A stretch of 64,000 bases of DNA from Camelus dromedarius (lineage: Eukaryota), in NCBI RefSeq assembly GCF_036321535.1, contig NC_087437.1, forward strand, positions 44,580,001-44,644,000, written 5' to 3'. Made by a program: the position numbers and the translations under genes. The notes beneath the pieces are model-generated. The model was not told the origin of the DNA, did no database searches, and saw only the letters and a program-made list of their open reading frames with translations. Of the stretch, positions 12,197-23,950 are shown piece by piece (within the stretch, counting starts at the first letter, position 1; each line of letters begins with the position of its first letter).

Positions 12197-15100
12197 GAGG
12201 TGTCTTTTCCAATATATGAAATCTCCACGTTGCAATTTCTGATGTTTAAGGTCTTTATTTCCTGAGAGCTCACTGTGGAAAGGTTGGCCTACCAAAAACA
12301 TAGTATTTTTTTTTTTAATAGAAGCAGTTAAGCCTTTGGAATATTGGATTATTTCTCCTTTTATCAGCTGTGAGTCAATAAAAGATCCAAGTACATTGGG
12401 CATCCTGTGACTATCTCAAAGGGTAAGAATTTCTGAGTTCCAAAAGGGGTGAATCTCAGATTTTGAAAGACCAATGGCAGTGCTTTTTCCTAAGGTATTT
12501 GAAAGTTTTCTACAAACTTTGTCAGTTGAGTCTTAATAATATCATTAAGGTGTTGAACTAAATCAAAGGATTAAGGGTGGTAAGTGCAGTAAAAGTGTTG
12601 TAAAATTGGCCAAACAGCACAGACTTATCAAAGCACCTGGCCAGTAAAATGTGTTTCTCAATCACAATGAAGGGATAATCTTTTCCAAAAGGTCTTTTGC
12701 CCCGGAAGAGGCAATGGTCTGTACGCAAGGGAAGTCTTCAGTCTACTGTGAAAGCATACAGATCATTACTAAAACATATTTATATCCATGAGACAGAGGA
12801 AGTTCTATGAAATCCATTTGTCAGGGCTCCAGTGGTCCATCAAGCAGTTTAAAGTGTCTGGGAGCAGCAAGAAAAGGCTTCCCAAGGTTGTACATCAGAC
12901 GAGTGGGGCAAGCAAGGTAGGCACTTTCTGTGGCCTTGTTAATGTTTTCCCAGCAATGTTGATTCATGAATGCTGTCGTTTTGTTAAGAGACCAATAGTT
13001 TAATGCATGTAGAGTGGTAAGACGTGAGGATTTTAGAGTCTTTGGCAGGACTGAGTTATAGTTTGCTCCAAACCAGTGCTTTCTCTTTTATCAAACCAAC
13101 AATTACTGAATTTCCAATCTTGATTTTTTTCCCCTTTTCTGAGACTAATTTTAGTTTCCTCTAGCCAGTTTCTCTAAGTTATCATTTGGGGAAACATCCT
13201 TTTGAACCATGGCAGAGGTTTGGCTCCTGTTGTTCTCTTGGACAACAGCATCCCTTGTGGAAATGTCAGCAAGGTGGTTTCCCTCTGCTTCTGGGGGAAT
13301 CTTGAATAACAGCTGAAGTAGCAGGTTAAAGTATTGTATTCAGTAATTCCTGAACATCAGAGCCATTTTAAATTTTGTTTCTGCTGGGACTAATGAAGTC
13401 ACATTGCTTCCACAGCATCCACAGATCGCAAGCTACTTTGAAAGCATACTATCAGTATAAATATTAGAACTTTTGTCCTTGGCTAAATTGCAAGCCTACA
13501 CAGGCTCGGCCTCTTGGGCTGAAGTAGCTTCAAATAAAGGTGCTGTTTCAGCAACATAAAAAGGAGTTGTAATAGTATACCCAGCGCAGTATGTACCACC
13601 GTCGTCTTTTAAATAAGAAACATCAGTGAGCCTTGAGGAATCAGCATTACCCAGCGGGTTCCTTGCAGCTCACCACAAGGAATCAAGAGGTTGTCTGTCA
13701 GTGTTAAGCAGCCCTGAGGGACTTTGTCAGTGATAAAGAGGGGAGACTAGCATGGTTAAGATGACTACAATGCAAAGGAGTTTTGTGAGGAGCACTTAAC
13801 AAAAGGACCCATTAGGATGTGAGTTGACTGGTTGAGAAGTAGAAGTATGAGACGATAATAAAGCTGTATGAGGTACAAAAATGGTTAAAGGGGATCCCAC
13901 AATGATTTTCTCATTGGCTTTAATGGCTTTAAGTCAAGGAGGGTATCATCATGCCACAGGGCCCATTTGCTGGGTCTCATATCCTATGGGTTCATGTTGG
14001 TCCCCATATTTTGGGGGAGAACCCCAAGGGCATTCCCTTCCTTTTCATATACAAACAAGAAAACGTGAATCTAGTAATTGGGATCCTCAGGGCAGGTGGG
14101 ATCATCAAACCCTCTTTTAAAGTTTCCATTGCTACGCTGTTTGGTACTTCCCATAGAATTGGGTTGATTGTTATTATTTAGCTAAACACAGAGGTTTGGC
14201 CATAAAATAGAAATTTGGAACCCAGTTTTGTTAGTAACCAACTAGCTTGAGAAAGCTTCACAGCTGGCGCTTAGTTTTGGATTTTGGGAAACATAGGACA
14301 CCATGAAGTCTATCTTTATCTAGATGTAGCCCTTGTTTTGATATCAGATGCCCTGAATATTGAACTTGGCTTTGGGCAAACTGCAATATTTCTTTGGGGA
14401 CCTTACATCCCTTTAAAGCTAAAAGCTTTAGCAAGTGGATGCTGCCTTCTGTGAGGAGACAAGGAGGAGAGCAAAGCAGCACATGATCCACATATTGCAG
14501 CACAGTAGAACCTCCAGGGAACTTTGTTTCATTCAGGTCAGCCTTTAGGACTTGTGAGAAATAGGAACCCTGGGTAAAATCCTATAGCATCACTGTCCAG
14601 GTGAATTGTTTTTCTTCCCAAGTGATGGCAAAAAGTTGTTGGCCAGCTCCCTCGATGGGAATACTAAAGAACACATTGTATCAGTCAGTGACAATGAGGG
14701 ATTTACTTCTTGTGGGAAAAGATGTTAGTAACTAGTAATGTATGAGGCTTAGGAACAGCAGGGTGTCAAGGGATAGCAAGGTTTCTTATTGCTTGGAAGT
14801 CCTGGACAAACCTTCACCCTCAGCCCTTAGGTTTTCTCCTGGGTAACATGGGAGTGTCACAGGGACTACTGCAAAAGACAGTGAGGCCTTGAGCCTTGTA
14901 ATCTTCTGTTACCCGCTTTATACCTTAAAGGGCTTTTCTACTTACAGGGTATTCATTCTGGGAAGACGTCTTGAGGGGTCTATATGACCTCAATAGGAGG
15001 TACGCTGTGAATTTTGCCAACATCAGTTGGAGGCTTTGTCCATGAGAAAGGTGGTAGCTGATTCAGTAGAATAAATGATGAGTGTTTTCAGAATCAGCTC

Positions 15101-16176
15101 TAGTATACTGTTGGAGATGTAACAAACAAGTTATAAAAGGTTAATTTAATCTACATGGTTGGTTACTTTGATTACTACTGTCAAATTCTAGATTTCTTTC
15201 CCCTTTTGGGGAGAAAGAAATTCTGGTACAATAATGTTCTAAGAAGTCTCACAGACTAATAAATGAATGAGGTGGAGGAACTAAGGAGCAAAGGGTGTGT
15301 ATCTCTCAGAGGGCCTAAACAGAAGGTTCGGAGACAGGGACCTCAAGAGGTCCATTAGAGAGCCCCACTATTTGAACTGTTCCAGGATTCTGAGACGGGG
15401 CTATTTTATGGTAGTGGGGTTGAACACAGAGACTGTGGCCCCGGTGTCATTTAGGACTGGCAGAGACCCATCCCCAGTTTGGATAAATGTCCCTGTATGC
15501 TGCGTCCAGTGCAGCTCGGGACCGTTTCTGAGGACGGGCAATGCAAGACTTAAGAAACAAAGAGACAAAGTAAAGAGCAAAGATGGGACCAGAGGACTCA
15601 AGATCTCGTGGATCTAGAGTGCCAAAAGCCTGGTCTACATTGTATTTATTAGGAGTCTACAGCTCAGGAAAAAATGGGATCAAAGAGGTGGGGCTTTAGA
15701 TATTCCATGTGATAAGCACTAGGTTCTGCTTGCAGGTTAACTGATTAATTTCAGGCCTATCCCTTCCAGGAACAATCACCCTCCTCAGGTTTGCAGATTT
15801 TCTAAGTCTATCCTGTTATTGCCTGGAGATAGCAAATACTTCTCTTGGGTTAAACAGAATGCTTTCATTCCAGAGCAAAGTTCTGTTAATGGATGATCTG
15901 GCTTTCCAGGACCGTCCATTGTTATACCCTAAGGAAATATTTGCCCTCCTTCATGCCCTTATGGTCAATGTCGGGATTGCTCCTCACAAATTTCATCTAC
16001 TGTGTAAAACATTAAAACGAATCAAGCATGTGCGTTTTAAGCAAGTAAGTGTGAATACAGTATTTTAAGCTCATGGAAATTTAGGTGCGGCTTATTTTCC
16101 AGTGGCTTGTTTTCCAGCACCTATAAACTGATGAAGAGGGAGGACTGGGAAGAGCCCTGCAGTTTCCTGGAGCCTG
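12197..16176 (-). pseudogene. pol: Retroviral pro-pol remnant (protease, RT, RNase H, integrase)
   Basis: Protease LNDTGATVSVFN (DTGA 15437-15448). RT TWTVML*DF and LQYVDHVLLCS (YVDH 14483-14494). RNase H LTDVSYLKDDGGTYCAGY (~13575-13630). Integrase QMDFIELPLSHGYKYVLVMICM (~12755-12820) and C-terminal GDFIYWKRH (~12200-12226). Confidence 0.9.
15498..16119 (-). mobile_element. ERV2 (betaretrovirus-like) solo LTR, 622 bp, nested in the ERV1 protease region
   Basis: Inverted termini TGCTG...CAGCA. 6-bp TSD CCTGTA (15492-15497) / CCTATA (16120-16125). Minus-strand AATAAA at 15645-15650. Removing it restores the frame LHQFIGTFIQTGDGSLPVLNDTGAT. Confidence 0.8.
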
Positions 16177-17342
16177 CTATTAAGAATTGGGAGGATACTG
16201 GAAACGTTGGTTAGAGGGCTGAAGGGACCTAAAGTGCTTAAATTTGTAATAATTGCTCTTCCAAAGTCATCTTTATTTGTGATAATAGCAGAAACTAGGA
16301 GGATTTTGGTTTTGCTTAGGAGCTTTTATTTGCTGGAGTTGATGTTTAAGAGTTTGGGTGGTCTTCCTTGAGGATGGCTCATCCAGAATATAAGACAGCT
16401 GGTTTGCCAGATTAACAAAATCTGGAGTGGACACAGCTTCCCATTCCTCTCTGGTCCTCTCTACTTGAAGGGAAAGATCTTGGTTAGCCCATTAATAAAC
16501 AGAGAGTTAAAAGCTACCCCAATGTGATCAACATCCGAAGGAAGATTAGAATTTTATTTAAAAATCATCTTAAGTTGATTATAATAGTCATGAACAGATT
16601 GATCAGATTTTGGTGTGCAAGCCTAAATTTTGTTCCAATCAACAGACTTTGGAAAAGCCCTAGGAATTGCTCAGTGAAGTCACCTAGTGATTACTTGAGT
16701 CTGATCATATACGAGTTAGCAGGTCAGTGTCCCAGTTGTAATTCTAGAGACTTCTCAGGATTTTCCCAATTAGCAGTGTTCATCCAACGCTGGGCCTGAC
16801 CTGTACCAACAAGTATATGACATAGGTCAGAGAAACCAGTTTGATAAGTTTGAATGAATATATTAAGTTCCTCAGCAAAACTGTGAGGATCTTCAGTTAC
16901 TTTGGGAAAATCTGACGATAGCTGGCAGTTCAGCTTCAGTGCAGAGAATATAAGAAGTTAAGGGTTTAGCCTCTGGATCCTGAGAAGGTTTAATTTTAAA
17001 GAGACAAGTTCTGGTAAGTTCAGAGGAAAAGGGAGTGGGGAGAGAAAAAAGGAAGTCTGGTGAGAGAATTTGTATTTGGGAATTGAAAGTATAGAGGAGG
17101 TATAGAAGGGAAGGAGAAAGATGGAGACAGAGGTGGAGTTTGGCCAGGAGGAGCCAAGGGAGAGGGGCAAGATGGTGCCGAGGAAGGAGCCTGAGACAAG
17201 CCGAGGAAGAGGAGCCTCAGGCTCTGGGAGCCATTTCATCTTCCTTATAGGTATTTGTTTCCCTCAGTTAATCTTAAAATCTTATTTTGCAGAGAGGTAA
17301 TTTTAGACTTGTAATAATGTTGGGAAGCCTCAAAATACAAAT
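16177..17342 (-). pseudogene. gag: Retroviral gag remnant
   Basis: Pro/Ser-rich segment (16960-17240), MHR-like ACTPKSDQSVHDYYNQLKMIF (~16560-16622), decayed CCHC knuckle FCYYHK*R*LWKSNYYKFK (~16237-16296). Ends at TAA TAG just upstream of pro. Confidence 0.8.
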
Positions 17343-18129
17343 GAAGGAAACACTCTACTTAATTCTAGAAATTTTTGAGCTACCTACCTATGTATTTCTC
17401 TGGATATATTACTTTCTACCTGGAGCTCAGTGGACCATCTTGGATAGCCAATGAATTATATCCCACTTTGGAGACTAGCTATGTAATAGAATGGAGAACA
17501 TTTTTTAAAAGTTCTAACAGAGAGAACTTTATTCTCTCACACTTGCCCTTAATATACAAAGAATCGGAGATAGATCAAGTAATTTTAAATAAAATATTCT
17601 CAATTCAGAAGACAAGCCTTATATTCTCATGAGATAAGCATTCTGGCAATTGGCATTTCTAGACCCTCCCCTCTTTCTTGCTTCCTCTCCCCAAAGAACA
17701 CTTACACCTTTTCAAGTAAAATACGTATTCTTTGATGTAATTCTTGAAAGCATGAAAATGAAATTTATTTCCCTAATGATTTTCTCTATTCTCCTTGTCT
17801 AGCATTGATTTTTTTCACTTTTCTATTTGTAATGCCGCATAAACCAGTAGGGTTTCCTATTGTTTCTTTCCTAAAACGGTGCACCTGCACCATCGATCAT
17901 GCCAAGAAGAGCTAGCACAACTTTGGAAGGAAAACCAATAACATGCTATGAAAATAGAGACAAGACAGCTTAGAAGATTGATTCTAAATTATGGAGCTGC
18001 TTACTGATCTGCAACCATCCAAATTCTTACAGCTTGACAGCTGGGTAGTGAGCATAGGACAGACCACAGGCTTGCCTTCCTGACCTACATGAGGGCAATT
18101 TGCACAGTCTGTGGTGTGTTTACCCTGGA

Positions 18130-18310
18130 AAGGGATACAAACCAAAGCCTTCAAACTAAGCTTGAAGCAGTTCTGTTTCCAAGTTTCTCCATCTTTAAAA
18201 TGGGAATAAGGACATCTGTGGCTAGATTTGTTCCAATGACAATGTCAAATAAATTAGACTATTTGGAGGCTTTATTAATAGTTGGTGACTATGCAGACAC
18301 TATTATCTCC
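18130..18310 (+). mobile_element. MIR SINE fragment
   Basis: TCTGTTTCCAAGTTTCTCCATCTTTAAAATGGGAATAA is the MIR core. Confidence 0.5.
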
Positions 18311-18399
18311 CTTATTATGACTGTCTTTAGAGTAATATTAGTTTAAATTTTACCATTATAAATTTGTCTCTTTGAAATTCTTTAATTTTTTTAATTTTA

Positions 18400-18900
18400 C
18401 AAGAAGTTTGCAAGAATATCACAAAATGCACACCATTTACTCAGGGTCACCAGTTGTTAACATTTTGTCTCATTTAATCATTTTATACTCACTCTGTTCT
18501 GAGACCTCAAGCACACTTTTCCTCTGAACTCTGAGAATCGTCTCAATAATCTGATAGTAAGCTGCAGACATGAGCTTTTTATCCCACATATTTCATTGTG
18601 TTTTTCCCAAAGACAAGGGCATTCTTTTATATAACTACAGTTCAATTATCAAATCAGGAAATGTAATATTGACATAATAATCTTATTCAACCCAGTGACC
18701 ATCCTCACATTTTGACAGTTGTCCTGAGAGTATCCTTTAAGCTGTTTCTCCATTCCAACCACTCATTTTGGGGGAGGGCGGGGGGGGGCGGGGAGTGTCA
18801 GCCCGTTAAAAAATGTTGCTATTGTTTCTGACCTTGTCGTTTTTCAAGAGTATATGCTGATTCTTCTGTTGACTGTCTCTCAATTTGTCTGTCTGTATTG
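18400..18900 (-). mobile_element. Old L1M (L1MC-like) fragment
   Basis: CACCAGTTGTTAACATTTTG...GTAAGCTGCAGACATGA...ACAAGGGCATTCTTTTATATAACTACAGT...ATCAGGAAATGTAATATTGA. Confidence 0.6.
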
Positions 18901-21900
18901 AGTCTTAATTTATATGTCTGCAGGGAAATTTATTAGGGTAGAATTTTAAAGCTAATTTTAAAGATACCCAAGAAGTAGGTAGACAATATGCTCTTCACTC
19001 TTTTGAGGTAAAGGAAAAGTAGTGCAAATCCCTTTGGATTTTTTAACAAATCTATTTCATTTTGGTTCTTTTTGAAAGATGTTAGGGTTTTTACAAAAGC
19101 AAAAAAACACATACACAAAGATGATCCTGACTTGAGATCCAGTTTGTTTTACACAATATATTAAGAAACAGAAACTAAATTTGTACACAAGTCTATAAAC
19201 TGGTAGTTACCTAATGTTTTCTCTGGTCTTAGGACTTGAATTGTGATGTAGTCATCTTTTTCATTGAGCCCTGAAGAGATGTTCATTACTGCAAAATGCT
19301 GTACTGGAGATAAGTGCGACCAGGTTTCTCAGGATCTGTCCTTTAGCAAATTAAAATAGAATAATGGAAAGAGAGGGCAGTACATGAAGAATGTGGTCCT
19401 TTAGGGATTCCGAGATCCAAACAATAACCTTAAGCCTCTAGAAAACTATTCCATTACTGTGAGTTAAAAGTTCAAGACGATTACATCCTTGGGATGTGTT
19501 TTCAGCAAAGATCTAAGAAGAACTTCAGATGCTACTTCCATTTAATATTGTTAAGTATGAATTACTTAACATATAATTACTTAAAATGATGTCTGCATAA
19601 TCTCTGGTTACACAAGATAACAATCACAGCTAAACCCATTTATAAAAAGAAACAGTGTTTCCAAATAGGATAAGTTGCTACAATAATAACACCTGCCAGT
19701 CTCATACTGAGCTTCTCTGTATTACATTTCATGGGCAATGAAATGGCAGTATGAACGAATCCTTGACCTGACTCCTAAGAAATATATGAACTGTTTCTAT
19801 TCTAATTTCTTTGTTAAACCCTGCATATTACTAAGCATTGGAACAAAGAAAGCATGGTGTTAATTTTCACCTGTCAAAGCAGCTAAAATCAATCTTGCTG
19901 TATTCAATAAACAACTCACTGTGCATAGATAGGTACATTTTATTTGCTGATGAATAGCAATATAATCTTGCTGTTAAATCATAAAATAAAACCCATATAT
20001 ATGACAAATATCTTTCCTTTCATGACCATCCTCCAAGGTAGTCATATATAATATGAAAGATGAATATTTCTTAGAAAGATGAAAATGTCATGATCTTCAT
20101 TCAATGTAGTTTATTTTCAGTAAAGTGTTAGAAAATATTCCCAAGACTAGACCACCATTCAGTGCAGATTTGACCTATTGGTTAATCACAGGCTCGCTCT
20201 CCTTGATCATGTATTCAGTCAACAAACTCTTATCCACTACCTACACTGTACAAGATTATTGACCCAAGGCACTAGAACAATAAAGATGGATTAAGACATA
20301 TTACTGGCTTCAGGCGACTGACAGTTTAATTAGGGAAGATGACAGATAATAAATGTGCAGATTCCCTGATTTGGGAAGAAGTAATATGAAGTTTCATCTT
20401 CATAATCGCTTCCTCCTCCTGCTCAGTTTAGATTGAGGAGTCTTTCTCTGTACTCCCAGCAAATATGTGTATGCTTCTAACACAGTGTTTACCACACTAC
20501 AGTAAAGCTTGAGCCCTTGCAAGCTGACTGGCTTTGACCAAGCAAGACCACGAAGTCAGTTTCCTACTCTTTAAATGGGAGTCATATATCCATTCATTAC
20601 TGATTTAAAAATCTCTGTGCTACATATTCTGTGTGTACTAGTATGTTTTTCTTATTACCTTATTCAAAGGGTAATACAAGGACTAAAAGAAAAATCATAT
20701 AAAGCATTTAGCCTAGTATCTAGCACAACTTTTAATAAATGTCAGTAATTTCATTATTATTGCATAATTTTGGTGACAGCTATTTACTTTAGTGGTTTTC
20801 TATCTTTTGATCTATTCTGAATGTTTCTCAGATCTATGTAGTCTTTTTCTTTCTTCTGTTATGAAAACATTAACATCTTGAGAAGACTCAGTTAAACTCA
20901 GATACATGAAGACGTCTATTTATTTCCAAAGTTTAATATTATTTAGTTATCGAACCTGGGCCTTCTCCATTGCCTGATAAACAATAGAAGGTCAATACAT
21001 ATTTACCAAATTCATTTGACTTTATTTTATGCATTTCAGCCAGTTATGACTTTAGTCTAAAGGTTAGTATCTTCAGCTATTTAACCATTTATTGACCAGT
21101 TGGATTTTCTTTTGATACTTGCTTTTTCTCTTTGTCACATGCAGAAATATTCTCTCTTGAGAAGGAAAAAAACCACTGTGTCCTGAGCTTCCCCCAAATT
21201 GGGTGAATGGGATTCACTTTTTACTCCTTGATAGGAAATAAGGGAAGCCTTTCATTTTGGAAGTTAATTCCCTTGGGTTGCAGGCAACCAAGAAAAGAAA
21301 ATTTGAAATAAATATTTTATAATGAATTCTTTTATTTTGAAAAGTTTTGGGTTGAAACAGTTGCCTCTTGCATACCAAATTATACCTCATAATACCATTT
21401 GCAGAACTTCGATTTAAGAGGCATTTCAGAGTCTGATTTCTTACTCTCTTAATGGATTCATATATCTTAGGTATTGCAGTCTTGCTACAAAAATGCCAAG
21501 ATTTTAATATGACCAATATTTGATAAGTAATGTTCAGTGCATTAAAACACACACACAAAGACACATGCATAAATCCTGTCTGCTTTTTGTTTTCGAGAAA
21601 TACATCACTAAAGTTTTATTCCCTTCTTTTCTTCTGGATAATACTTCCTCAGTATGAATTTGGGATCTACAGTTACTCGTCCAGGTAGATGAAATCATGC
21701 ATCACCGCAGACATGTTTTCCTTGCTCTAACTCCCAAAGCAACTATTGTCATGCTCTAGAGGAGCTAGAATTCCAGGCCTGTGATTACACTTATTGACTG
21801 CATTTGGGACCCATCTCACATGTTTTTAAAAAATACTATAATGCCTTGCCATCCCATGCCAGGTTCGTATCACCGTGTCATTAACAGAGCGGTCATAGTT

Positions 21901-23619
21901 CATGAAGGAGAAATCTCAACTATCTAATTGTCCAGTTTAGCATTTTTATTGTATTCAGGCCACCTAACTTGCAGTCCTTGCTTTCCTTAACTCCTTGAAT
22001 GCTGAAGGGTTCATATGAGTGTGTCTGTGCATAACAAGAAGGGAAAAAAATCCCAGAGTCCTGATGAACGTCTGTGATGGTGCTCAGGTTAAACATGACA
22101 TGAAGATGCCAGAGTGGACCCCCTCAAGATTCAGAACAGGCTTCCAAGTGGGATCCAGGCTTAACCTGAATTAACTGTGTTTTGAATTATTCTTCTAAAC
22201 TTATGGATCCAAGCACGTTGTAAATAATCCAGTACAGTAGGTCTAGTTTTAATTCCTGTCAAGAAGCACTGAGATGTAAGTTTTGGGACACAAAGAAATA
22301 GATCGTAGTCAAAAGATTATTCTGTATTATTCTTCCATTAACCAAGACAGTGCTAAGCTATATCCATTGTTCATCCTAGTTTCAATCCTCTGTCGGTGAG
22401 ATGCTTTTATTCTTCTCTGCTCCATTTCTAAATTGTTGTTCTCTACTTCTAAACAGCTGTAAATTCTGTTTTGGAAAGGTGTGTATAGGGAAGTGTGGAA
22501 CATGGCTACCATAGAGAGATTTTCCCACAGCCCAGTCTTGGAGGTCACGATGGGGTCACAGCTCCATGGGATACCTGTGTATTTCTGACCCTGTTGATTT
22601 TTCCTAGAGACAAAAATGTTGAACAGTAGTGACATCCAGTCATACTTCATTACCTGGTTGAAAGTAGATTCAGTGGGTGGGAAAAACCCTTCCTTATTCT
22701 CTAAAGACAGCATTAAACCACTAAGCAAGTAGAATTCCTGGATTGAGAAATTCTCTTGAGAATTCTGTCGTATTACATGTTCCATTTGCTTTAATATGTA
22801 CACTGACTTTGTAGGCAATGTGCACACGTATCTCCACATAACTTATGTAAGTATAGGGGCCAGGGTCACAGTTTACTGTTTCCCATCTCACATCCCATGA
22901 GAAAAGGGCAATGCATTAACTTTATAATGAAGGTTAGGGGGCTTTTGTTCTTTGTGGGGGATTTGGCTAAGAGCTTCCATAAACGGTCAGGTCGAAATCC
23001 CCACAGTATTACTAACAACCAGCTGTGTATCCACAGTCAGGCCAGCTTATCTCTTTAGTCTTGCTTCTCACTCACAGAAGTATTAAAATGTTAAACTGGA
23101 TGTTCTTGAAGCTACCACCCTCCCAGACAAACAAAGAAAATTATAATTTGTCTTGTTAAATATTTAAGTGAGGAAGTGTGTTCAGTTGGAGCAAGGGGAG
23201 CTGTGTGACCACTGACACTTGTTTAACAGTGATGTAGACAGAGCCATGTCAGTGAGGACCTCTGTTCTGTGCAGCAGAGGCACACACAAGTTAGAGTTCC
23301 TGGTGATGGATCAAGAGAAAGACACTAAGGTTAGTGACACAGAAAGGAGTAAAAGGACAGCTCCAGACCTGATCCTCGGCAGGACTGTTAAATTGATGTC
23401 CAGGGCACTTTCATTTTTAATGACACTTCTGCTACTTTTATTGTTTCTGTCTTTCCAAGTGCTCATTGCTCCATCCTCTACGATCCTCCAATTTCCCTTC
23501 TCAGCTGGAGTGCTCATGTGAGGAAAGCACTGAATAGTTCATGTTGTGAAGTTTTCAAACTCTATTTCCTGCTTTAAGGCAAAGTTACTTTTAAAGAGAC
23601 AACTAAGAAAATTACAAGC

Positions 23620-23950
23620 AAGGCCTCTGTGGAAAGTTTTCTTAGAGTACATCTTCAGTAAAGGAACTGCTGGGTTGAGGTATCTGACACTTAAAGGTAT
23701 TGCTACATTTTGTCAAATTAGACTCCAGGAAGATTATACCCCTGTGGCACAGGGCCTGCTTCCCTGAATTCCAGCATCATTTTAAACATTTCCAAAGGTG
23801 TTTCATTTTAATATGCATTTCTTTGATGACTAGCATGGTGGAGTGTTTGTTTATTAGCCATTTATATTTCTTGTTCTATGAACAGATTGTTCATTTCTTT
23901 GCCCATTATCCTATTGGTATATCCATCTTTTTTATTGTTCCGAGTTTATC
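23620..23950 (-). mobile_element. Old L1M ORF2-3' fragment
   Basis: GGAACTGCTGGGTT...TTTTAATATGCATTTCTTTGATGACTAGCATGGTGGAG...TTATTAGCCATTTATATTTCTT...TTTGCCCATT. Confidence 0.7.

Larger units (their letters stand above)
12197..17342 (-). mobile_element. Decayed class I (ERV1, gammaretrovirus-like) internal region gag-pro-pol, truncated at both ends, no env
   Basis: Colinear degenerate motifs on the minus strand: Gag MHR and zinc knuckle, protease DTGA, RT YVD(H), RNase H, integrase. Many stops and frameshifts. Confidence 0.93.

Noticed and set aside
16085..16126. Second Gag zinc knuckle (YRCWKTSHWK on the minus strand)
   Set aside because: It lies at the terminus of the nested LTR and its TSD. 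The real knuckle remnant is at ~16237-16296.
12197..17342. Domesticated or intact retroviral gene
   Set aside because: No ORF longer than ~100 aa on the coding strand, catalytic motifs are mutated, and there is no env.
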